Positions 36,216-45,213 of a stretch of DNA of 53,696 bases are shown here, in pieces (position 1 is the stretch's first letter; every line of letters begins with the position of its first letter). The stretch is from a virus (lineage: Duplodnaviria; Caudoviricetes): positions 1 to 53,696 of IMG/VR virus record IMGVR_UViG_3300046171_000043. One strand, written 5' to 3'. The notes below the pieces were generated by a model. That model had not been told where the DNA came from, did not search any database, and saw only the letters and a program-made list of their open reading frames with translations. Position numbers and translations under genes: made by a program.

Positions 36216-39200
36216 ATGGGCAGAGAACCTACAGTAACCACAGGTAGAATGTCTGTTGAGCAATTCAACAGCATTATGGGTATTAAAAAGAAACCAGAGC
36301 TTGAAACCTTTGAAGGAAACAAGTCTGGTTCTTTGATTGATACTTTGATGGAAGACAAGAACTACGGTATCATCAGAGATTACATGCAAGATCGGATGGG
36401 TATGACCGAAAGAAACTACGACAAGAGAGAGATCGTAGATGCTTACATCAACAACATGCGTAAGTTTAACTTTGGTCAGTCTATCACAACACTAGAAGAA
36501 CTAGCTCACCTAAACAAAGGTAATGAGCAAGAACTAGAAGAGAGAAGAAGAAAAGCAGGTAATGCTTATAAACTATTTGATAGTCTTGGTGGTGCTTTTA
36601 GTGAGGGTAGGACAGTAGGTGAAAAGGCTGATGCAGTCTATGACTATGCTCGTGCTTTGATCTGGGATCCTATTAATGTTGTTAGCTTTGGTGTTGGTAA
36701 GATGTTTGCCGCAGGTGCAACAAAGGCTGCTACAAAGTTAGCAAAGGATGCTGCTATCAAGTCGGCTACTAACGTTGCCAAAAAGATGGGTACAAGAAAA
36801 GCTGCTACACAAAGTGGTAGAAGAGAAATACAAGAGGCAGCACAAAAAGAATTTATGAAGACACTCATGAAGGATTCTTCATACAAAGCTGCTAGACAAA
36901 AAGCTTTCAAGAAAGAACTTCTTGGGGCTACAGGTTTTGATACCTTAGTAGCAGGTGGTATTGATGTTGCACAACAACGTTCTCGTATTAAAGCAGACGT
37001 GCAGAATGAGTATGATCCAGTTGGGGGAATGCTTGCCCTTGCAGGTGGCCTTACTGGTGGTGGTCTTGGTTACGTTTTAGAAAAGACAAGGGGAACACAA
37101 AGGCTTCCAATCTATTCTCAGTTGATTGATAGATCGGAAAGACTGACACTTGCTGCTAGAAGAGAAGCTACAGATCTAGGTGTTGGTAAAGAGAACCTAA
37201 AAGCAAATGCTCAGAAACTTAACAAAGAACTGTCTGAGTTTACTAACAATGCAGAGGGTTGGGCAGAGCAGGTAAGGGAAGGACTAGACCTTAGGCTTGC
37301 CAACAAAGAAATAAAAGGTGGAGAGTGGGATAGCTTGTTTGACTATGAGCTAGTCCATTACTTTTACTTTGGTGACAAGGCTAATGGTCAGAGGGGTCTT
37401 CGAGATATCCTGTACGATAATGGTGTTGGTGCATGGAAGCCAAGAGAAAAAGGTGACACTTTCAACCTGTACATGAAAGATGTGTACGGATTACTTGATA
37501 AGAAAAGTAAGACTGAAGTGCAAAAGTTGTACGACAATATTTTCAACAAGTTTGATAACTCATTCAAGGGTGACACTGTTGATCAGTTCTTTTCCAAGTT
37601 CTCTTCAATGTCGTCAGATGCAGGTAGGATTCTTGCACTATCAAAGCACTTGAATAACCTTACGTACCTTGTCAACAAACCATTGAAAGATATTAATGCT
37701 GAAGAGGCTATCACAAAAGTAGTAGACTCATACAACACAAAGGTTAAAAACTTTTGGGGTAAAGGGGCAGGGATACAAAACAAGTTGATCCAGAACTTGG
37801 TTACTCACCCTGGTACTACAGCCCTTAACCTAAAGGGTTGGCTACAAGCTACATCTCTCCAGTCTACTTCGGATATGATCAGAGGGACTTTGTACGGAGG
37901 CAGGTCACTCTGGGAAGACTTGATGGGTAATAAGTTGTCTGCTGTTGAATACAGAAACAAAGCTAGACTTATGGTTTCTTTGCAGACACAGAAACTAAAC
38001 AACCTAGTAGATCCGTACATGACATACGAGACTGCTATGGATCTGTTGACATACAGACCAGAGGCAAGAAAAGAATTGTATCGATACCTTGTTGGTGGTG
38101 TTGAGATTGAAGACGTACTCAAAGAGTTAGACTTAGACCCAACAGAAAATTTAACAAGGACTCAACTAGATAAGTTGATGAATACTATTCAAACTGCTTA
38201 CGGTGTGAAAGCACAAGACTTCTTGATGAAGACTCAGGAATATATGTATGCTCTTGATAAACAAGTCAGACTAAAATACGGAGAGACACTACAGGACTTC
38301 ATGAGCAGAGATGATGCTTGGGAGTATATCTCTGAGGGTGTTACGGATGGATTCAAAGAGTTTCTTGAGATTGAAACTAGAGCAGTGAATGAAGCCTTAG
38401 AAAATACTTTCTCAAAGTCTTATGCAGACAATGAGACAACACTAGGTAAGGTTGCAGGTATCATTGAAGAGTCTCGTAACGTACCTATCATTGGTGCTCT
38501 TGTACCATTCGGTCAGTTCTTCAACAACACTATAGCTTTCATGGCTAACCATTCTGGTGCAGCTTTAATCTATAAAGGAATGACAGGCACTGTTAAAGAA
38601 GGGGATGCTATGACTTATGCTACCAAGGCTGCAGCAGCCTACGGTATCTTAGGTCTTATTACGTCAAAAGAAAAACAGAACATGGATGAAGGTCTTGCTT
38701 GGCATGAGGAAAGAGCAAGTGATGGTAGTGTTATATCAAGACAGTTAGACTTCCCTTACAGCCACTACAAATTGATGGGTAGAATCCTAGCCTACCAAGC
38801 TGAGAATGACGAACTAAGTCCTGAGCTTATGAAAGAGTTTGCTAAGATTGCAGGGCCAGAGTCTCTTACTAGATCTATCGGTGAAGCAGGTGCAACTGCA
38901 ACGGAGTTGTTTAAGTCTATTATCGGTGGAGAAATGAGTGAAGCTAAGAAGCATTCAATGATGTTATTGGGTGACTCTGCTGCCATGTACATGTCTGGCT
39001 TTACCAGATGGGCTGACCCTGCTAACCAACTGATTGCAGTATCTCGAGGTGAGGAATACGTACCAAGAGATAGGAAGCAAGGTACACGATTCTTAAACGA
39101 TGGGCTTAGGTACGTTGACCAAGTATTTGAAATGTTAGTTGATGAAAAGAAACTACCTCCTGAGAAAGAGAGTGCCACACAGCAGACAGCAGGTGCTGCA

Positions 39201-39692
39201 CCTATCGGTAGGATCTTTGGGTACAGAACATCTGATGCACCTAACAGTATTGATATCCTGTTTAATGATGTCAACAGGCCTGAGTGGTACACTGGTATCT
39301 ACGGCACACCTGAGTCAGCCAACTTGTTTAAAAAGTTTGTGTTCCCTATTCTAGAGTATCATGCTGATAGAGTAATTGAGGATGGATCTTGGGATTCTTT
39401 ACCGCAAGACAAAAAGAAAAAAGCTTTAGGATATCTTTTACAAGATGCTAAGAAGCAAGCTAAAGAAAGTATGAGAGCACAGGCTACAGATGAACCAAGG
39501 AAAGCTGTACTGATACAGGATATTCTTTCTAAGAACGTTCCTGCTGCTCAAAAAAGAAAGTACTTCACCTACTTTGGGACATCAGAAGAAGCCCTGTGGA
39601 AACTTGACGTACCTCAGTTAAACTTATTACTTAGTTTCTTTGAAGATGAAGGTGTCGTCAACAAGACGATAAAAGAAACGGTACTACCATAA
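36216..39692 (+). CDS. Large internal virion protein
   Basis: 1158 aa helical protein at the end of the structural arm; DP.N....G.GK motif. Confidence 0.7.
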   Translation: MGREPTVTTGRMSVEQFNSIMGIKKKPELETFEGNKSGSLIDTLMEDKNYGIIRDYMQDRMGMTERNYDKREIVDAYINNMRKFNFGQSITTLEELAHLNKGNEQELEERRRKAGNAYKLFDSLGGAFSEGRTVGEKADAVYDYARALIWDPINVVSFGVGKMFAAGATKAATKLAKDAAIKSATNVAKKMGTRKAATQSGRREIQEAAQKEFMKTLMKDSSYKAARQKAFKKELLGATGFDTLVAGGIDVAQQRSRIKADVQNEYDPVGGMLALAGGLTGGGLGYVLEKTRGTQRLPIYSQLIDRSERLTLAARREATDLGVGKENLKANAQKLNKELSEFTNNAEGWAEQVREGLDLRLANKEIKGGEWDSLFDYELVHYFYFGDKANGQRGLRDILYDNGVGAWKPREKGDTFNLYMKDVYGLLDKKSKTEVQKLYDNIFNKFDNSFKGDTVDQFFSKFSSMSSDAGRILALSKHLNNLTYLVNKPLKDINAEEAITKVVDSYNTKVKNFWGKGAGIQNKLIQNLVTHPGTTALNLKGWLQATSLQSTSDMIRGTLYGGRSLWEDLMGNKLSAVEYRNKARLMVSLQTQKLNNLVDPYMTYETAMDLLTYRPEARKELYRYLVGGVEIEDVLKELDLDPTENLTRTQLDKLMNTIQTAYGVKAQDFLMKTQEYMYALDKQVRLKYGETLQDFMSRDDAWEYISEGVTDGFKEFLEIETRAVNEALENTFSKSYADNETTLGKVAGIIEESRNVPIIGALVPFGQFFNNTIAFMANHSGAALIYKGMTGTVKEGDAMTYATKAAAAYGILGLITSKEKQNMDEGLAWHEERASDGSVISRQLDFPYSHYKLMGRILAYQAENDELSPELMKEFAKIAGPESLTRSIGEAGATATELFKSIIGGEMSEAKKHSMMLLGDSAAMYMSGFTRWADPANQLIAVSRGEEYVPRDRKQGTRFLNDGLRYVDQVFEMLVDEKKLPPEKESATQQTAGAAPIGRIFGYRTSDAPNSIDILFNDVNRPEWYTGIYGTPESANLFKKFVFPILEYHADRVIEDGSWDSLPQDKKKKALGYLLQDAKKQAKESMRAQATDEPRKAVLIQDILSKNVPAAQKRKYFTYFGTSEEALWKLDVPQLNLLLSFFEDEGVVNKTIKETVLP

Positions 39693-39695
39693 AGA

Positions 39696-39726
39696 AAACC
39701 CCCAGGAATTAACTGGGGGTTTAGTT
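39696..39726. terminator. Bidirectional intrinsic terminator between the convergent arms
   Basis: AAACCCCCAG-GAATTAA-CTGGGGGTTT with A-tract before and T-tract after. Confidence 0.88.
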
Positions 39727-39977
39727 TAAGACGATTTATCTTTTTGTTTTTTATGCTCAAGCATCAGACAGGAATAACAGAATGCTTGATTAACGATCTC
39801 GTCTGATCGTAAATACTTTCCAGATGCTATTAACCCGGACAAGGCTGCACCTGCAAAGTAATCCCTAGATGGTATGTCACCACTAGGAATGTCGGATTTA
39901 ATAAACTCTTGGGCTTCTTGCTCAAGGGTTTTATTTTTTGGTGGCCTACCTCTTGGCCTCTTTTGTGTAGTCATCAA
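39726..39977 (-). CDS. Hypothetical protein with AT-hook-like RPRGRP
   Basis: KRPRGRPPK; RDYFAGAALSGL motif. Confidence 0.7.
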   Translation of the reverse strand: MMTTQKRPRGRPPKNKTLEQEAQEFIKSDIPSGDIPSRDYFAGAALSGLIASGKYLRSDEIVNQAFCYSCLMLEHKKQKDKSS

Positions 39978-40248
39978 TTAAAAACTCTACATACTGCTTC
40001 AGTTTCATTAAGTCCTCAAGACCATTCTTCTTTTTATACCTACTGACATACTTGACTATGTTACCCTCTAAAAAGTTAAGGTTGTTAGCCGTTATATACT
40101 CAATAGGTTGTATTGCACTATCCTTATAGTGACTGCCACCTATCTGAAAGGATAGGGTTGAGTTGTCAGAATGGGAACATTCACCACACTCACCGTCATC
40201 ATCAAGGAAGTTACCACACAAAGCACAAGCTTGAATGGTCATAGACAT
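39946..40248 (-). CDS. DUF3310 family protein
   Basis: QIGGSHY..IQPIEYI..NFLEGNIVKYVSRY..KNG.EDL.K. Confidence 0.85.
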   Translation of the reverse strand: MSMTIQACALCGNFLDDDGECGECSHSDNSTLSFQIGGSHYKDSAIQPIEYITANNLNFLEGNIVKYVSRYKKKNGLEDLMKLKQYVEFLIDDYTKEAKR

Positions 40249-40664
40249 ACTAGCTCTGCCTCCGTGTAAGGGATGTGGAAGAACTTCTCACCACTAGAAA
40301 TGTTTTTACCATACGCAGCTTTAAGGTTTTCTAGTTTGAGTTGAGATCCTTTTATCCTCCAAACTTGTTTTAGATCTTTTCTAAAAACGTAGAAGGTTAC
40401 GTTAGAGTTGTACTTCTTTAACAGTCTTTGCTTTCTACCGGGTATACGTATCTCTGACCAATGGGTAGGCCAGTCATCTGTCCAGGCTGTCTTTACTTCT
40501 GCTTCACTGAAGATAGTAATACCACCATGTTCTGATTCAACATCAGCATAGTAGTTTTCCGCTACTCTTTTAACTGTGTGACCTTCACTTTCAAGTAGTG
40601 TCACTAGAGCTTTCTTTGCAGGGTTATCCCACTTGTCGTAGTCTGATCTGTCGAAACCTCTCAT
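40239..40664 (-). CDS. Hypothetical protein, possible PD-(D/E)XK fold
   Basis: D....EAEVK motif. Confidence 0.6.
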   Translation of the reverse strand: MRGFDRSDYDKWDNPAKKALVTLLESEGHTVKRVAENYYADVESEHGGITIFSEAEVKTAWTDDWPTHWSEIRIPGRKQRLLKKYNSNVTFYVFRKDLKQVWRIKGSQLKLENLKAAYGKNISSGEKFFHIPYTEAELVCL

Positions 40665-40816
40665 TTACCTTGACCCCTATATGGTTTTGTTGATCTACGT
40701 TTATGTTTGTTCATAGAACCAAACTTCATAGAAGCTATCCGTTTTGACTGGGATGTTTTCTTCTTGGTGGCTTGGTGTGAGTTAGCTGATGCACCCACAA
40801 GCTGAACCTTAGCCAT
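40661..40816 (-). CDS. Small basic protein (51 aa, ends KPYRGQGK)
   Basis: Hand-translated; fills the gap with coupled start/stop; KKTSQ..SMNKHKRRS..YRGQG motif. Confidence 0.7.
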   Translation of the reverse strand: MAKVQLVGASANSHQATKKKTSQSKRIASMKFGSMNKHKRRSTKPYRGQGK

Positions 40817-40997
40817 TGTCTTTTCTCCACATTAGTTCGTGAAGCAGTTTCTTCTGCTCGTAATCGGACAGTATCATCCAATCCCTTATTTCGTCAAGTG
40901 TTCTTTTGCACCCCACACAAAGGCCATCTTCTATACGACAAACCTTTATGCAGGGTGAAGGGACAGTACCCAGTTTCTTTCTACGTTGTCTATTCAC
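40809..40997 (-). CDS. DUF1289 family putative Fe-S protein (likely GTG start at 40997)
   Basis: SPCIKVC....LCVGCKRTLDEIRDW. Confidence 0.85.
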   Translation of the reverse strand: MNRQRRKKLGTVPSPCIKVCRIEDGLCVGCKRTLDEIRDWMILSDYEQKKLLHELMWRKDNG

Positions 40998-42744
40998 ACT
41001 GACGTAGGCCAGTAGCAGGATCAAAGTAGCAAGCACCACCTTCATCAACGTAGTCTTGTGTCTCTTCTACTTCTTGCTCTTCAACTACATCCTCAGAGGT
41101 AGAAGCATTCAAGATACCATAACGTTTACCTGCTGCTCTGAATGTTGTGCAACCAGAGGCACCACCATCATAGGCATCCATGTACACCTGCTTGAACTCT
41201 TCCCAGGTTACTTCCTCACCTGTGTTACAAGTCTTAGAACAAGCTGAGTCAACAAAACGAGAAGCAACGTTCAATACTTTGACGTGATCAAACACTGAAA
41301 GTTCATCTGCAGTCTTACCCTTCACACCAAAGACACGGTAGCCGTAGTCTTCTACTCGTTCAACCTTGGGTCCATCGAAGGTTTGGATAGTTCTATCGTA
41401 GTAATGTGAGAAGACTGGTTCAATTCCAGAGGATACGTTGTCGGCTGACAAGCTGATAGTTCCTGTTGGAGCAACCGAAAGAAGATGACTGTTACGAATA
41501 CCACACTCACTAATGAGATTACGGATATCATCAGGAAGAGACTTAGCAAAGTCAGATTCAAGATAAGCTTGAGTAAAGAGAGGAAACGGACCTTTCTCAA
41601 CAGCAAGCTCAACAGATGTACGGTATGCCACATTCCTAATTACCCCCATGATTTCTTCAAGGGTCTGCAGGAATCGTTCACTGCCGTACTCAAACCCTAG
41701 TGCTTCAATAGCATTAGCTACTCCAGTAACACCAAGGCCCATACGTCTTTTACTCTTGGCTTCTAACTCCTGTTCTTTCAGTGGATACGTTGCACGATCA
41801 ACTACATTATCCATAGCACGAACAACATGTGGAATGTCGTTACGTAGTTGGTTCATGTTGAAGACGTAATTACCATCATGTTCTACTACATACTTAGTCA
41901 GGTTGAATGAACCAAGTAGACATGCACCGTTGGGTGGCAGTGGTTGCTCACCACATGGGTTGGTAGCTGCAATCTTTTCTGCATACCACAGGTTATTCTT
42001 CTTGTTGATACGATCAATGAAAAGAATACCAGGCTCTGCCCAGTCCCATGTAGAACGTAGGATCTGATCCCATAGTGCAGTAGCACTTACTGTTTTGTAT
42101 ACACGTCCATCAAACTTAAGATCAAAGTCTTTGTCTTCTTTCACAGCTTTCATAAACTCATCCGTCACACCCACAGAGATGTTGAACTGTGTCAGTGTAT
42201 CACTGTTGTTCTTTGCTGTGATAAACTCTTCAATGTCAGGATGGTCAACACGTAGGACACCCATCTGTGCTCCACGTCTGTGACCTGCTGATGCAATGGT
42301 ACGACAGACAGCATCAAAGATACCCATGAAAGATAGGGGACCAGATGACTTAGAGTCTAGTGACTTAATCAGTGTGCCTCGTGGACGTAGGGTAGAGAAG
42401 TCATAACCAATACCACCACCTAGTCTCATGGTTTCAGCAGCACGTCTTGCTGCCTCCATAATACCGTCCATGCTATCCTCAATAGTCATTGACACGAAAC
42501 AGTTGTAAGGTGTCACACGTCTTGGTGCACCCATAGCTGACTGGACACGTCCTGCAGGTAGGAATCTTTGGTTGTATAAGATGTTACGAAAGTTGTTGAA
42601 GTGTGATTCATTATCTTTCAGAGCTTCAGCTACTCGAGTCATTGCCTCCCGGAATGTCTCACCCTTGCTACGATACTTCATAGCATGGATCTCTTCACTG
42701 ATTGCTAGTGTTGGGCCGTATACTTCTTCGTGAACATCTTTCAT
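40990..42744 (-). CDS. nrdJ: Class II (B12-dependent) ribonucleotide reductase
   Basis: PAGR, NCFV, RRGAQM, TNPCGEQ, APTGTIS, C-terminal C...C pair; no beta subunit gene. Confidence 0.92.
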   Translation of the reverse strand: MKDVHEEVYGPTLAISEEIHAMKYRSKGETFREAMTRVAEALKDNESHFNNFRNILYNQRFLPAGRVQSAMGAPRRVTPYNCFVSMTIEDSMDGIMEAARRAAETMRLGGGIGYDFSTLRPRGTLIKSLDSKSSGPLSFMGIFDAVCRTIASAGHRRGAQMGVLRVDHPDIEEFITAKNNSDTLTQFNISVGVTDEFMKAVKEDKDFDLKFDGRVYKTVSATALWDQILRSTWDWAEPGILFIDRINKKNNLWYAEKIAATNPCGEQPLPPNGACLLGSFNLTKYVVEHDGNYVFNMNQLRNDIPHVVRAMDNVVDRATYPLKEQELEAKSKRRMGLGVTGVANAIEALGFEYGSERFLQTLEEIMGVIRNVAYRTSVELAVEKGPFPLFTQAYLESDFAKSLPDDIRNLISECGIRNSHLLSVAPTGTISLSADNVSSGIEPVFSHYYDRTIQTFDGPKVERVEDYGYRVFGVKGKTADELSVFDHVKVLNVASRFVDSACSKTCNTGEEVTWEEFKQVYMDAYDGGASGCTTFRAAGKRYGILNASTSEDVVEEQEVEETQDYVDEGGACYFDPATGLRQCE

Positions 42745-43118
42745 CTGTTGTCTCCTGATCCTTTTAATTTTCCACGTTTCTGTCTGTCGTCTAGTTTGGC
42801 AATGTTTAGCTCTAATACTTCCTGCAATCCCTTGCCGTAGATGTTGGCTAGTGCAGTAGCATAGAACACTACATCACCTAGCTCTTTCATAATCTCTTTG
42901 TTAGCAAACCTGTTGCTATCTCTGATTAGCTTCTTGATCTTCTCAGCTACCTCTCCTGCTTCACCGACAAGTCCAAGGGTATTCTCAACCAATCTCTCTT
43001 GCCCCTCAGTCAGTATCTTTTTCTCTACCCAATCTGAATAGTCAGATGTCTTTACGTCTTCTGCATTTTGGAATGCTTCAAAGTATCCCATTGCATCCAG
43101 GTCTTTTTCACTGATCAT
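42741..43118 (-). CDS. mazG: MazG-like nucleotide pyrophosphohydrolase
   Basis: LGLVGEAGEVAEKIKK..KELGDV..N..KL..R..RG...GSGD. Confidence 0.88.
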   Translation of the reverse strand: MISEKDLDAMGYFEAFQNAEDVKTSDYSDWVEKKILTEGQERLVENTLGLVGEAGEVAEKIKKLIRDSNRFANKEIMKELGDVVFYATALANIYGKGLQEVLELNIAKLDDRQKRGKLKGSGDNR

Positions 43119-43273
43119 TACTTCTCCTTTACGTCTATCTCTTTAATTTCTAAATCATCCAAGTCATAGATAGTGTCCTGAAGAATGTCTTCAAGACTCC
43201 TCTCTACACTGTCTGAAGCAATAAAGTTTGCCTCAGGATCTAACTCTATCAGCATTGTCACTTCTAACAACAC
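43118..43273 (-). CDS. Small acidic protein (51 aa, GTG start)
   Basis: Hand-translated; SD GGAGG; stop overlaps the mazG start. Confidence 0.65.
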   Translation of the reverse strand: MLLEVTMLIELDPEANFIASDSVERSLEDILQDTIYDLDDLEIKEIDVKEK

Positions 43274-43284
43274 AGGAACCTCCA

Positions 43285-43313
43285 AGTTATATAGTCTAAA
43301 ATAATTACGTCAA
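43285..43313 (-). promoter_or_regulatory. Promoter TTGACG-N16-TATAACT
   Basis: Reverse-strand match upstream of the mazG-nrdJ genes. Confidence 0.65.
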
Positions 43314-43314
43314 T

Positions 43315-43710
43315 CTATTCTTTCAACCAATCGTCAGGAATTGATTTATCTGCGTACGTAAAACCGTACTTCTTACACCAGTCACCATAGGTAGACTTGG
43401 CACCTTTATAAAGTTTTGCTCTACTGTTTTGAAATACAAAACGAATATCCAGTTCAGGAAACTGCTTCTGGATTTCACGATGTTTGCGTCGATCGTTTGC
43501 TACAAATCGTCCCTTGGTTTCTATGATGATACCATTGGACAAAACGAAGTCAGGTGTATACGTTCTGACTTTTAAGTCAACCCACTTGATCTTCTCTTTC
43601 TCGTAGGTAAACTTAATTCCTTTAGACCGTAGCTCTTTGGCAACATCATCCTCAAAGCCTGAACGATACCCTGCCTTGAGTGCTGCTGCACTAAACTTCT
43701 TTCTGTTCAT
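43315..43710 (-). CDS. Endonuclease I (T7 gp3-like Holliday junction resolvase)
   Basis: YRSGFE, YTPDF, IIETKGRF, DIRFVF. Confidence 0.92.
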   Translation of the reverse strand: MNRKKFSAAALKAGYRSGFEDDVAKELRSKGIKFTYEKEKIKWVDLKVRTYTPDFVLSNGIIIETKGRFVANDRRKHREIQKQFPELDIRFVFQNSRAKLYKGAKSTYGDWCKKYGFTYADKSIPDDWLKE

Positions 43711-44563
43711 TGTAGGTAAAGTCCTCTGGTACGTTTGGTTTCTTAACCACATCTACCAAAAGAACGTCACCGTTACCATAAACAAATCGTCTGGCCTCAG
43801 GCCAACACTTCTTGTTGAACTCACAGAATCCACAGGAAGGATGTAGCTTTGTGTTGGGGCTAGTCTTTGACTGGGGTACAGGCTCAAAGCCTCTGTCAGG
43901 TATATCACCTGCCACCATTTCTTTGACTTGCTCTACCTCTTTCTCTTTCTGTTCTAGCTCTGGTGTGAAGTCATAGACATCAAGACAGATTGATCCATTA
44001 ACTTTATCTACTACAAGGAAAGCACCGTGTGTTTTGTTAGTTACCAGTGGATCATCCTTAGCTGCGTACACGTAAGAACTTAGCTGACTGATGTACCCAA
44101 AGGGATCTTCATCCCTGAGGTTACCTTCAGCAAACTTCTTAAACGAGTAAGGGGATGCGGATTTAACATCCACTGTCATGCCATCAATGACTGCATCCCT
44201 GTGTCCTGCTAAGTCATTAATACGCATACGATCCTGAGTACCTGCTACTGTGTGACCAGAAGCCTCAACAATAGCAAGCACAAGCTCTTCAATCATGTCA
44301 CCGTAGAAGAACTTCAACAGGTCCGATGGAGCAAGAGGACGTGCTGTCGCAGGTTCGTTGATCTTATACCATAGTTTTCTTTTACATGGGCTACCAATAG
44401 AGGAGAACGACAGATACCCTCTTGGTTTCTGTGGTGCTTTGAATCTGGAGGTAGCTGTCTTGCCAATACGATCACCCATCTTCAAGCTGATCAAGTGATC
44501 CCATCCGTTGTGTCCAAGGATGGTGTCTTCCATATCTTTAACGAGTGTATCTATATTAGCCAT
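43691..44563 (-). CDS. PD-(D/E)XK (Cas4-like) exonuclease (likely start 44563)
   Basis: SSIG.PC.RKLWY, GHRD, DVKSAS, Y..QL..Y, C.FC..K..C. Confidence 0.8.
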   Translation of the reverse strand: MANIDTLVKDMEDTILGHNGWDHLISLKMGDRIGKTATSRFKAPQKPRGYLSFSSIGSPCKRKLWYKINEPATARPLAPSDLLKFFYGDMIEELVLAIVEASGHTVAGTQDRMRINDLAGHRDAVIDGMTVDVKSASPYSFKKFAEGNLRDEDPFGYISQLSSYVYAAKDDPLVTNKTHGAFLVVDKVNGSICLDVYDFTPELEQKEKEVEQVKEMVAGDIPDRGFEPVPQSKTSPNTKLHPSCGFCEFNKKCWPEARRFVYGNGDVLLVDVVKKPNVPEDFTYNEQKEV

Positions 44564-44583
44564 TGTATATCCTTTTGTATATA

Positions 44584-44605
44584 CCCCCACCCCGAAGGGT
44601 GGGGG
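44584..44605 (-). promoter_or_regulatory. Stable C(UUCG)G hairpin between the SSB and exonuclease genes
   Basis: Minus strand CCCCCACCC-TTCG-GGGTGGGGG; no U-tract, so a processing/stability element or weak terminator. Confidence 0.6.
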
Positions 44606-44635
44606 CTTTCTTCTAGGGGAAAGGAACAGGAAAAC

Positions 44636-45157
44636 CTAGAAGGGGATTGAGTCCTGAGGTTCTTGGGAGGAGGTGGAAGACGTAGAACCACCAGAACTCG
44701 ATTGGTCTGTGAACATTGAACGTGGTTGGGAGGGACCACCTTCTGACTCATAGACCACATGCTCTAGGACTTGAAGACCTAGAAGACGTGAACCTTTACG
44801 TGCACCTGCATCGTATAGTTCAAACTTGACGATGCCCTCACTACCATTACCAATGAAACCTTTTTCATCTAGGCTCCAAAGCTTGCCAGTAACATCAGCT
44901 ACCAGAGGTGCACCCCCTTGCCACTCATGCTTACCTTTGTGAGGACGATCTAGGGTGACTCTCCACCCATTGTCTGTCTCTGTAAACTTTTTACCAAGAC
45001 CTGCTTTCTGCAAAGTCTTCATAGTTTTTTCATCAGTATGAACCGTTACCTTGTACATACCGTCAGTCTCCTGATGGAACTCTGCACGGTCACGGTTGGA
45101 CTCAAACACTTTAGCCCATTCAATCATACCTTTAATTTCGTGTTGTGTTGATGGCAT
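44636..45157 (-). CDS. Single-stranded DNA-binding protein (T7 gp2.5-like)
   Basis: IGNGS, L..LQVL motifs; C-terminal DSIPF; next to the polymerase. Confidence 0.7.
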   Translation of the reverse strand: MPSTQHEIKGMIEWAKVFESNRDRAEFHQETDGMYKVTVHTDEKTMKTLQKAGLGKKFTETDNGWRVTLDRPHKGKHEWQGGAPLVADVTGKLWSLDEKGFIGNGSEGIVKFELYDAGARKGSRLLGLQVLEHVVYESEGGPSQPRSMFTDQSSSGGSTSSTSSQEPQDSIPF

Positions 45158-45184
45158 CTTGCCCTCCTTTACTTACGTTTCTTT

Positions 45185-45213
45185 TATCTAGTCTTTATGG
45201 TTAATGTTGTCAA
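45185..45213 (-). promoter_or_regulatory. Promoter TTGACA-N17-TAGATA
   Basis: Upstream of SSB; spacer contains TTAACCAT. Confidence 0.6.
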
